Under the pieces are notes generated by a model, which searched no databases, had not been told where the DNA came from, and saw only the letters and a list, made by a program, of their open reading frames with translations. From NCBI RefSeq assembly GCF_988242995.1, contig NZ_OZ547043.1: DNA of 64,000 nt. One strand, written 5' to 3'. Position 1 is the first letter of the stretch, and every line of letters begins with the position of its first letter. The translations under genes were made by a program, and so were the position numbers. Shown here piece after piece: positions 11,434-20,110 of the stretch.

Positions 11434-12627
11434 ATGAGAGCCTGCATTAATAATCAACAGATTCGCCACCATAACAAATGCGTGATTCTGGAACTGCTGT
11501 ACCGGCAAAAGCGCGCCAATAAATCAACCCTGGCCCGGCTGGCGCAAATTTCGATTCCGGCGGTCAGTAATATTTTGCAGGAACTGGAAAGCGAAAAACG
11601 GGTGGTGAATATCGACGATGAAAGCCAGACGCGCGGGCATAGTAGCGGTACATGGCTGATTGCGCCGGAAGGTGACTGGACGCTGTGCCTGAACGTGACG
11701 CCCACCAGTATTGAGTGTCAGGTCGCTAACGCCTGTTTAAGTCCGAAAGGTGAATTTGAGTATTTACAGATTGATGCACCGACGCCGCAGGCGCTGCTGT
11801 CCGAAATCGAAAAATGCTGGCATCGCCACCGTAAATTGTGGCCGGACCGCACCATCAATCTGGCGCTGGCAATCCACGGTCAGGTTGATCCTGTGACCGG
11901 CGTGTCGCAAACCATGCCGCAAGCGCCCTGGACAACGCCGGTTGAGGTAAAATATCTGCTGGAAGAGAAGCTCGGCATTCGGGTGATGGTCGATAATGAC
12001 TGCGTGATGCTGGCGCTGGCGGAGAAATGGCAAAATAATTCGCAGGGCCGGGATTTCTGCGTGATCAACGTTGATTACGGCATTGGCTCGTCGTTCGTGA
12101 TTAACGAGCAAATTTATCGCGGCAGTTTGTATGGTAGCGGACAGATTGGTCACACCATCGTTAATCCGGATGGCGTCGTCTGCGACTGCGGACGTTATGG
12201 CTGCCTGGAAACCGTCGCCTCGTTAAGCGCATTAAAAAAACAGGCGCGGGTATGGCTAAAATCACAACCGGTTAATACTCAGCTTGATCCTGAAAAACTG
12301 ACTACCGCGCAGTTAATCGCTGCCTGGCAGAGTGGAGAACCGTGGATCACCAGTTGGGTTGATCACTCTGCCAACGCCATTGGTTTGAGTCTGTATAACT
12401 TCCTCAACATCCTCAATATTAATCAGATTTGGTTGTACGGTCGCAGTTGTGCCTTTGGTGAGAACTGGCTTAATACCATTATTCGCCAGACGGGATTTAA
12501 CCCGTTCGACCGCGACGAAGGACCGAGCGTGAAAGCGACGAAAATTGGCTTTGGGCAATTAAGCCGCGCACAACAGGTGCTGGGGATTGGCTATTTGTAT
12601 GTTGAGGCGCAGTTACGGCAGATTTGA
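11434..12627 (+). CDS. yphH: ROK-family (NagC/XylR-like) transcriptional regulator
   Basis: ROK zinc motif CDCGRYGCLE; N-terminal helix-turn-helix region; divergent from yphG; ATG at 11434 gives 397 aa. Confidence 0.85.
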   Translation: MRACINNQQIRHHNKCVILELLYRQKRANKSTLARLAQISIPAVSNILQELESEKRVVNIDDESQTRGHSSGTWLIAPEGDWTLCLNVTPTSIECQVANACLSPKGEFEYLQIDAPTPQALLSEIEKCWHRHRKLWPDRTINLALAIHGQVDPVTGVSQTMPQAPWTTPVEVKYLLEEKLGIRVMVDNDCVMLALAEKWQNNSQGRDFCVINVDYGIGSSFVINEQIYRGSLYGSGQIGHTIVNPDGVVCDCGRYGCLETVASLSALKKQARVWLKSQPVNTQLDPEKLTTAQLIAAWQSGEPWITSWVDHSANAIGLSLYNFLNILNINQIWLYGRSCAFGENWLNTIIRQTGFNPFDRDEGPSVKATKIGFGQLSRAQQVLGIGYLYVEAQLRQI

Positions 12628-12642
12628 TGGCGCGATAACGTA

Positions 12643-12670
12643 GAAAGGCTTCCCGAAGGAAGCCTTTTTT
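12643..12670 (+). terminator. intrinsic terminator after yphH (also abuts glyA 3' end)
   Basis: gaaaggcttcc-cgaa-ggaagccttttttc hairpin followed by T-run. Confidence 0.7.
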
Positions 12671-12690
12671 CAACAGATTAACCGTTTCGC

Positions 12691-13944
12691 TTACGCGTAA
12701 ACCGGATAACGTGCGCAGATGTCGAGAACTTTACCTTTGATGCGCTCAATAACCGCTTCATCATTGATGCTGTCCAGCACGTCACACATCCAGCCAGCCA
12801 GTTCTTTCGCTTCTGCTTCTTTGAAACCACGACGGGTAATCGCCGGAGTACCCACGCGAATACCGGAGGTCACAAACGGGCTCTTTGGATCGTTTGGTAC
12901 GCTGTTTTTGTTGACGGTGATGTTAGCACGGCCCAGAGCGGCGTCAGCTTCTTTACCAGTCAGGTTTTTATCAACCAGATCAACCAGGAACAGGTGGTTA
13001 TCAGTACCACCAGAAACCACTTTGTAGCCGCGTTCCAGGAACACTTCTACCATCGCTTTGGCGTTTTTCGCGACCTGCTGCTGGTAAGTTTTGAACTCAG
13101 GCTCCATCGCTTCTTTCAGAGCAACCGCTTTACCGGCGATTACGTGCATCAACGGACCGCCCTGACCACCAGGGAAAACGGCAGAGTTCAGTTTTTTGTA
13201 CAGCTCTTCGCTACCACCTTTCGCCAGGATCAGGCCACCGCGCGGACCCGCCAGGGTTTTGTGAGTGGTGGTAGTCACTACGTGAGCATGAGGAACTGGG
13301 TTCGGGTAAACGCCAGCAGCAACCAGGCCCGCAACGTGCGCCATATCAACGAACAGGTAAGCACCGATGCTGTCAGCGATTTCACGCATTTTCGCCCAGT
13401 CCACCACGCCGGAATATGCAGAGAAGCCACCGATAATCATTTTCGGTTTGTGTTCTTTGGCTTGTTTTTCCAGATCGGCGTAGTCGATATGACCGGTAGC
13501 ATCGATACCGTAAGGAACGATGTTATACAGTTTACCGGAGAAGTTAACCGGAGAACCGTGAGTCAGGTGACCGCCATGCGCCAGGTTCATACCCAGAACG
13601 GTATCGCCTGGTTCCAGCAGCGCGGTGTACACCGCAAAGTTAGCCTGGGAGCCGGAGTGCGGCTGGACGTTAGCGTAGTCAGCGCCGAACAGTTCTTTCG
13701 CACGATCGATCGCCAGTTGTTCAACGATATCAACATACTCGCAACCGCCGTAGTAGCGTTTGCCCGGATAACCTTCAGCATATTTGTTGGTCAGCTGAGA
13801 ACCCTGCGCCTGCATTACGCGCGGGCTGGTGTAGTTTTCGGAGGCGATCAGTTCGATGTGCTCTTCCTGACGTACTTTTTCCTGCTCCATAGCCTGCCAC
13901 AGTTCGGCATCATAATCGGCAATGTTCATTTCACGCTTTAACAT
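12691..13944 (-). CDS. glyA: serine hydroxymethyltransferase
   Basis: ORF matches GlyA ([23 protein letters not shown]...); start set at second ATG for 417 aa. Confidence 0.93.
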
Positions 13945-14197
13945 CCGCATCTCCTGACTCAGCTAACAATAAAATTTTTGGCCTTTATAGGCGGTCCTGT
14001 TGGACAACGGCGAACAGTATAACCGAATCATTGTGCGATAACAGGTCTTGACAAAGGAATTTACGCAAACGATTACCTTCAGGCTGCGCAAGGCTTTGGA
14101 GAATAAAGAGCTTGCAACCGGAAACGGATTTCTTTTCAGGTTTGTGATGCAAATTTTTCACTTCATCACATTCTTTCTGAAAAACACCAAAGAACCA

Positions 14198-14245
14198 TTT
14201 ACATTGCAGGGCTATTTTTTATAAGATGCATTTGAGATACATCAA
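14198..14245 (+). promoter_or_regulatory. hmp promoter (-35 TTTACA, -10 TATAAG) with overlapping FNR-like box TTGAG-N4-ATCAA inside a longer NsrR-like palindrome
   Basis: Hexamers at 14198-14203 and 14220-14225 (16-bp spacer); TTGAGATACATCAA at 14232-14245 just upstream of the hmp SD. Confidence 0.6.
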
Positions 14246-14272
14246 TTAAGATGCAAAAAAAAGGAAGACCAT

Positions 14273-15463
14273 ATGCTTGACGCTCAAACCATCGCTACAG
14301 TAAAAGCCACCATCCCTTTACTGGTGGAAACAGGGCCAAAGTTAACCGCCCATTTCTACGACCGTATGTTTACTCATAACCCAGAACTCAAAGAAATTTT
14401 TAACATGAGTAACCAGCGCAATGGCGATCAACGTGAAGCCCTGTTTAACGCCATTGCCGCCTACGCCAGTAATATTGAAAACCTGCCTGCGCTGCTGCCA
14501 GCGGTAGAAAAAATCGCGCAGAAGCACACCAGTTTCCAGATCAAACCGGAACAGTACAACATCGTCGGCGAACACCTGTTGGCGACGCTGGACGAAATGT
14601 TCAGCCCGGGCCAGGAAGTGCTGGACGCGTGGGGTAAAGCCTATGGCGTACTGGCTAATGTATTTATCAATCGCGAGGCGGAAATCTATAACGAAAACGC
14701 CAGCAAAGCCGGTGGCTGGGAAGGTACTCGCGATTTCCGCATTGTGGCTAAAACACCGCGCAGCGCGCTTATCACCAGCTTCGAACTGGAGCCGGTCGAC
14801 GGTGGCGCAGTGGCAGAATACCGTCCGGGGCAATATCTCGGCGTCTGGCTGAAGCCGGAAGGTTTCCCGCATCAGGAAATTCGTCAGTACTCTTTGACTC
14901 GCAAACCGGATGGCAAAGGCTATCGTATTGCGGTGAAACGCGAAGAGGGTGGGCAGGTATCCAACTGGCTGCACAATCACGCCAATGTTGGCGATGTCGT
15001 GAAACTGGTCGCTCCAGCAGGTGATTTCTTTATGGCTGTCGCAGATGACACACCAGTGACGTTAATCTCTGCCGGTGTCGGTCAAACGCCAATGCTGGCA
15101 ATGCTCGACACGCTGGCAAAAGCTGGCCACACAGCACAAGTGAACTGGTTCCATGCGGCAGAAAATGGCGATGTTCACGCCTTTGCTGATGAAGTTAAGG
15201 AACTGGGGCTGTCACTGCCGCGCTTTACCGCGCACACCTGGTATCGTCAGCCGAGCGAAGCCGATCGCGCTAAAGGTCAGTTTGATAGCGAAGGTCTGAT
15301 GGATTTGAGCAAACTGGAAGGTGCGTTCAGCGATCCGACAATGCAGTTCTATCTCTGCGGCCCGGTTGGCTTCATGCAGTTTGCCGCGAAACAGTTAGTG
15401 GATCTGGGCGTGAAGCAGGAAAACATTCATTACGAATGCTTTGGCCCGCATAAGGTGCTGTGA
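14273..15463 (+). CDS. hmp: flavohemoglobin / nitric oxide dioxygenase
   Basis: 396-aa ORF with N-terminal globin domain and C-terminal FAD/NAD reductase domain. Confidence 0.93.
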   Translation: MLDAQTIATVKATIPLLVETGPKLTAHFYDRMFTHNPELKEIFNMSNQRNGDQREALFNAIAAYASNIENLPALLPAVEKIAQKHTSFQIKPEQYNIVGEHLLATLDEMFSPGQEVLDAWGKAYGVLANVFINREAEIYNENASKAGGWEGTRDFRIVAKTPRSALITSFELEPVDGGAVAEYRPGQYLGVWLKPEGFPHQEIRQYSLTRKPDGKGYRIAVKREEGGQVSNWLHNHANVGDVVKLVAPAGDFFMAVADDTPVTLISAGVGQTPMLAMLDTLAKAGHTAQVNWFHAAENGDVHAFADEVKELGLSLPRFTAHTWYRQPSEADRAKGQFDSEGLMDLSKLEGAFSDPTMQFYLCGPVGFMQFAAKQLVDLGVKQENIHYECFGPHKVL

Positions 15464-15469
15464 TTTGAT

Positions 15470-15495
15470 GTTGCCGGATGGAAACATCCGGCAAC
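15470..15495. terminator. GC-rich hairpin between convergent hmp and glnB; putative bidirectional terminator
   Basis: gttgccggatg-gaaa-catccggcaac perfect 11-bp stem; no strong U-tract on either side. Confidence 0.45.
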
Positions 15496-15507
15496 CCTTG
15501 ACGCGGT

Positions 15508-15882
<375 letters not shown>

Positions 15883-15906
15883 CTAAACGTAACACATAAC
15901 GCCAAT

Positions 15907-17241
15907 TCATTCCTTGAAATCGTTTGCATCCAGCTCGTGTCGGGAAAGCAGTTTATAAAATTCTGTCCGGTTGCGCCCCGCCATTCTCGCCGCGTGGGTG
16001 ACGTTGCCTTTGGTGATTTGCAGCAGCTTACGCAAATAGTTGAGTTCAAACTGATTACGTGCCTCAACAAAGGTTGGCAGCGCCGTATTTTCACCCTCCA
16101 GCGCCTGCTCCACCAGCGCATCACTAATCACCGGAGATGAGGTCAGCGCCACGCACTGTTCAATCACGTTGACCAACTGGCGCACATTACCCGGCCAGCT
16201 CGCGGTCATCAGGCGTTTCATCGCATCGGTAGAGAACGCGCGGACAAACGGTTTATGTCGCTCTGCCGCCTGGCGCAACAGGTGATTTGCCAGTAGCGGA
16301 ATGTCTTCTGTGCGCTCCGCCAGTGCCGGAATTTTCAGGCTGACAACGTTGAGGCGGTAATAGAGATCTTCGCGGAATTCCCCGCGCGCCATCGCTTTTG
16401 GCAGGTCGCGGTGAGTGGCGGAAATAATCCGCACGTCGATATCAATATCGCGGTTACTGCCCAGCGGGCGCACTTTACGCTCCTGCAACACGCGCAGCAG
16501 TTTGACCTGCAACGGTGCGGGCATATCGCCAATCTCATCGAGAAATAGCGTACCGCCTTCCGCCGCCTGGAATAAACCTTCGCGATTGCTGACAGCGCCA
16601 GTAAACGCGCCACGCGCATGACCAAATAGCTCCGACTCCAGCAATTGCTCGGGTAATGCGCCACAGTTAATAGCAATAAATGGCTTGCTGTTGCGCGGGC
16701 TGGCGTTGTGGATAGCCTGGGCGAAAATCTCTTTCCCGGTGCCGCTCTGGCCGTTAATCAAAACGCTAACGTCTGATTGCGCCACCAGCCGCGCCTGTTC
16801 CAGCAAACGCAGCATCAGCGGGCTGCGGGTGACAATCGCCTCGCGCCAGCGTTCATCGGTGGCTGGCGCGGATTGTTCCAGCGCATCGTCAATTGCCTGA
16901 TATAGCGCATCTTTATCGACAGGCTTGGTGAGGAAACTGAACACTCCCTGCTGTGTTGCAGCAACGGCATCGGGAATAGAACCATGTGCGGTAAGAATAA
17001 TTACCGGCATTCCCGGCTGCACTTTCTGGATTTCAGCAAACAGCTGCATACCATCCATTTCATCCATCCGCAGGTCGCTGATAACTAAATCTACTTTTTC
17101 GCGATTCAGTACCCGTAATCCTTCAGCACCACTTTCCGCCGTGACCACGCTGTAGCCTTCGCTGGTCAGGCGCAGGCCAAGCAGTTTCAGCAATCCCGGA
17201 TCGTCATCGACCAATAATAAATGCGCAGGTTTATGGCTCAT
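15907..17241 (-). CDS. glrR: sigma54-dependent two-component response regulator (NtrC family)
   Basis: Receiver domain (LLVDDD), AAA+ domain with GAFTGA motif, C-terminal HTH; start at ATG 17241 gives 444 aa. Confidence 0.88.
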   Translation of the reverse strand: MSHKPAHLLLVDDDPGLLKLLGLRLTSEGYSVVTAESGAEGLRVLNREKVDLVISDLRMDEMDGMQLFAEIQKVQPGMPVIILTAHGSIPDAVAATQQGVFSFLTKPVDKDALYQAIDDALEQSAPATDERWREAIVTRSPLMLRLLEQARLVAQSDVSVLINGQSGTGKEIFAQAIHNASPRNSKPFIAINCGALPEQLLESELFGHARGAFTGAVSNREGLFQAAEGGTLFLDEIGDMPAPLQVKLLRVLQERKVRPLGSNRDIDIDVRIISATHRDLPKAMARGEFREDLYYRLNVVSLKIPALAERTEDIPLLANHLLRQAAERHKPFVRAFSTDAMKRLMTASWPGNVRQLVNVIEQCVALTSSPVISDALVEQALEGENTALPTFVEARNQFELNYLRKLLQITKGNVTHAARMAGRNRTEFYKLLSRHELDANDFKE

Positions 17242-17944
17242 CAGGAGTGACCTCATCGGTGGATGGCGCGGGCTTTTCACTCTCGTGTGGCGTATCCGGC
17301 GAGAAATTTCCAGCCGGTTTGCGGGTCGAGAGCTGGCGTTCAATATCAGTCAGGTTTTCCAGCTTGCGGGTGGTGAGTTCCAGTTGCTGCTGTAGAACGT
17401 GATGTTGCTGGCGCAAAGTATCCAGCTCGCTGTCGCTGGACTGCTGGAGTTTGCTGTAGCGTTGGCGCTCTTCCGCCAGTTGCAGTTGCAGCGCCTGACC
17501 GTCGCGCCAAAGTTGATACAGTGGGCGAACCTGTGCCGGGATCTCGGTACTTAACGCATCAATACGCGCGACCAGCTGGCGGCGCTCATACGGCGTAATT
17601 TTGGCATCGGCGAGCAAAATCCCTTGTTTAAAGGTATTTTGCCAGCTGCCGTCATCATATTGGCGGGCTTGCTGACGCGACTGCGCAGGCATTAAACGAT
17701 CAGCACAATCCATCACCCGCAGCCAGTAAAGCGGATTGGTTTCGGTTGATTTACCTTGCAGCGCCCAGATGTCGCTACATTCGGTAGAAAGATAGTCAGC
17801 CCGTTGATAAACCGGAATTTTTTCTTCTGCTGGCGTATCAATGGCTGGCTTATTGTGACTCTGCACGCAACCCAGCAATGCCAGACATGGCAGCCCTGCC
17901 AGCCACAGCCGTCGGGGCAATAATCGTTGAAAAATGTGTCGCAT
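17231..17944 (-). CDS. qseG: lipoprotein accessory factor of the GlrK/GlrR (QseE/QseF) system
   Basis: Signal peptide with lipobox LLGC; Gln-rich coiled-coil C-terminus; 3' end overlaps glrR start by 11 nt. Confidence 0.8.
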   Translation of the reverse strand: MRHIFQRLLPRRLWLAGLPCLALLGCVQSHNKPAIDTPAEEKIPVYQRADYLSTECSDIWALQGKSTETNPLYWLRVMDCADRLMPAQSRQQARQYDDGSWQNTFKQGILLADAKITPYERRQLVARIDALSTEIPAQVRPLYQLWRDGQALQLQLAEERQRYSKLQQSSDSELDTLRQQHHVLQQQLELTTRKLENLTDIERQLSTRKPAGNFSPDTPHESEKPAPSTDEVTPDEP

Positions 17945-18108
17945 ATTCACCAGACTTAGCGCCTTTCCCAGTGGGCGTAATTGTTACAGACAGTCTGGAC
18001 ATGGACAGCGCGGAGAAACCGGAGCGTACATGTCGTACGTGAGGATTTCGAGCACTGCCCAGGGCCAAACTGGCAAATAAAATAGCCTGATGGGATAGGC
18101 TGTTAGCA

Positions 18109-19536
18109 TTATTTCGTGTTTTTCGACGACGGCAATTCAATGCGGAAGCAAACGTCTTGCCCGCTCTCGTCGACCAGATACAGTTCCCCTTGCATACGGC
18201 GAATACAATCCCTGGCAATGCTTAATCCCAGACCGCTGCCCTTCACCGCCCCTTTTCGCTGGTGGCTTCCCTGAAAAAAGGGTTCGAAGATCATGGCGCG
18301 TTCCTCTTGCGGAATGGGTGTTCCTGTATTGATGACATCAATATAAACCCGCGCGCCATGTAAACTGCTGCGAAGGCAAATGTTACCGGATTCAGCCCCG
18401 TAGTGCACCGCATTGGAGTAAAGATTATCCAGTACGCTCATCAGCAGCATTGGCTCCGCCAGGCAAGCTGTTGCTTTGAGATCGACATCGGTATGCATCA
18501 TTTTAGCCCGCGCGGGCAGGCTATGAGCAGAAACCACCATTTCCACCAGTGGCGCTAACTCAACATTCTCCAGTTCCACCGCACTGTCCGCCTGTTTACG
18601 GTTGTAATCAAGCAGTTGTTCGATCAGTTTTTGCAAATTGCGGCTGCTGCTATCAAGAATGCTCACAACCTCTTTTTGCTCTGGCGTAAGCGGCCCGACA
18701 ACCTGGTCAGCCAGTAATTCAGTGCCCTCGCGCATACTCGCCAGCGGCGTTTTTAATTCATGAGATAAATGTCTTAAAAATTGATGACGTTGGGATTCCA
18801 GCCATGACAGGCGCTCACTTAACCAAAGAATACGTTGCCCAACCGAGCGTAACTCGCTCGGTCCACTGAACGAGACGCTATTGCCCAGAGAACGCCCTTC
18901 CCCCAGCCGGTTGATCATGCGCTCGATATTTTTCACCGGACCGATAATCATCCTCGTGAAAAGCAGTACCATCACCAGACTCACCAGAAATAGCACCAGC
19001 GATTGCCAACCAAAATATTGCCCACGTTCGGCGATTTCACGCTGAAGTTGCTGCCCACGAGAGAACACCACTGTGCGCGTGGCCTGTACCATTTCGGTAT
19101 TGGCACTGGCAAAGGCTTCAAGACGTGCGGCGGCGGCAGCATCGGGACCGCTGTTGTTACACTGAAGTTGAGCCAGATTGTTCAAATCCTGACGTAATGC
19201 CTGGTAGAGTTTATCGTCCGGCAGCACGCCTGCGTGGGCATCGAGCATTTCGCTGTAACGCTTGCGCTGGCTTTGATAAACCTTCGCAAGCGTAGGGTCG
19301 TCCAGCACGCAATACTGACGGTAGCTACGCTCCATCTCCAGCGCCGCGTTGGTCATCGCTTCACTGCGCCGGGCATCAATAAGCGTAGTGCGGTTAACCA
19401 GCGCCGCCTGATCGCTAAGCGCATTCAGGCTTTGCCAGGCTTGCCATGCCAGCACCAACAGGGGCAGCAGAATCAGCAAAAATGCCAGCATTACCAGTTG
19501 TCGTAATGAGCGGGGAAAAACGGGCCAGCGTTTCAA
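18109..19536 (-). CDS. glrK: sensor histidine kinase
   Basis: H-box LSHELKTPLASM plus ATPase G-boxes; start set at in-frame TTG (475 aa); track ORF extends to 19599. Confidence 0.82.
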   Translation of the reverse strand: MKRWPVFPRSLRQLVMLAFLLILLPLLVLAWQAWQSLNALSDQAALVNRTTLIDARRSEAMTNAALEMERSYRQYCVLDDPTLAKVYQSQRKRYSEMLDAHAGVLPDDKLYQALRQDLNNLAQLQCNNSGPDAAAAARLEAFASANTEMVQATRTVVFSRGQQLQREIAERGQYFGWQSLVLFLVSLVMVLLFTRMIIGPVKNIERMINRLGEGRSLGNSVSFSGPSELRSVGQRILWLSERLSWLESQRHQFLRHLSHELKTPLASMREGTELLADQVVGPLTPEQKEVVSILDSSSRNLQKLIEQLLDYNRKQADSAVELENVELAPLVEMVVSAHSLPARAKMMHTDVDLKATACLAEPMLLMSVLDNLYSNAVHYGAESGNICLRSSLHGARVYIDVINTGTPIPQEERAMIFEPFFQGSHQRKGAVKGSGLGLSIARDCIRRMQGELYLVDESGQDVCFRIELPSSKNTK

Positions 19537-19594
19537 GGTGTTACTCTCGTCAGACGCGAATAGCCTGATGCTAACCGAGGGGAAGTTCAGATAC

Positions 19595-19778
19595 AACAAA
19601 GCCGGGAATTACCCGGCTTTGTTATGGAATAAGGCGGTGCCTAACTCGACGTTTCGCCCGATGGTTGATATAGCTACGCTGATATCAGAAGTTGGACGGC
19701 AGGCACCTTGTTGTGCGTCATTCGAATTTTATGTAGCACGTCCCGAAGGGGCTGACATAAGTCGGTGAATGAGCCACT
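19595..19778 (-). ncRNA. glmY: GlmY small RNA (about 184 nt)
   Basis: Transcript read from 19778 begins AGUGGCUCAUUCACCGACUUAUGUCAGCCCCUUCGGG and ends in terminator caaagccggg-taat-tcccggctttg plus U-run (19597-19621); no ORF. Confidence 0.8.
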
Positions 19779-19789
19779 GGTTACTATTA

Positions 19790-20008
19790 TGCAGTAACTG
19801 TGCCAATAAAGAAAATAGTTTGGTAACGTACTGATTATACGCTGCTTTAAGGGATTTATGGCTTCTTCGCTATTTGAATGTAAATCAGCCACTGTGTCGC
19901 TAAAAAGAGACAACTTAAGATAAACTTATTAGATGCCATTAAAATCAATGAGTTAAGTGTCGCCAGAAAGCGACACGGTAAACCACCCATTGTCGTGATT
20001 TACAGACA
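19790..20008 (-). promoter_or_regulatory. glmY promoter: sigma54 -24/-12 element plus three upstream TGTC-N10-GACA activator sites
   Basis: Minus-strand TGGCACAGTTACTGCA at 19790-19805; palindromes at 19895-19912, 19958-19975 and 19991-20008. Confidence 0.75.
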
Positions 20009-20056
20009 CAAAAAAGCTCCCGAAGTTGGGAGCTAATAATAGTGGTTGGTGCTTAA

Positions 20057-20087
20057 TGCCGGATGCGGCGTGAATGCCTCATCCGGC
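20057..20087. repeat. REP element downstream of purL
   Basis: tgccggatgcggcgtgaatgcctcatccggc, near-identical to the REP at 2346. Confidence 0.8.
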
Positions 20088-20110
20088 TGCAAAACCAATG
20101 GGTTGACGGC

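Noticed and set aside
12994-13941. 315-aa plus-strand ORF antisense to glyA, and similar antisense ORFs in clpB (60092-62015), yphG (8069-11346) and hmp (14342-14980)
   Set aside because: Each is fully embedded in a well-supported gene on the other strand; nothing in the sequence supports expression.
15470-15495. hmp/glnB hairpin as a REP element
   Set aside because: It shares GCCGGATG with REP units but lacks the rest of the REP consensus; it is better described as a simple hairpin, possibly a terminator.
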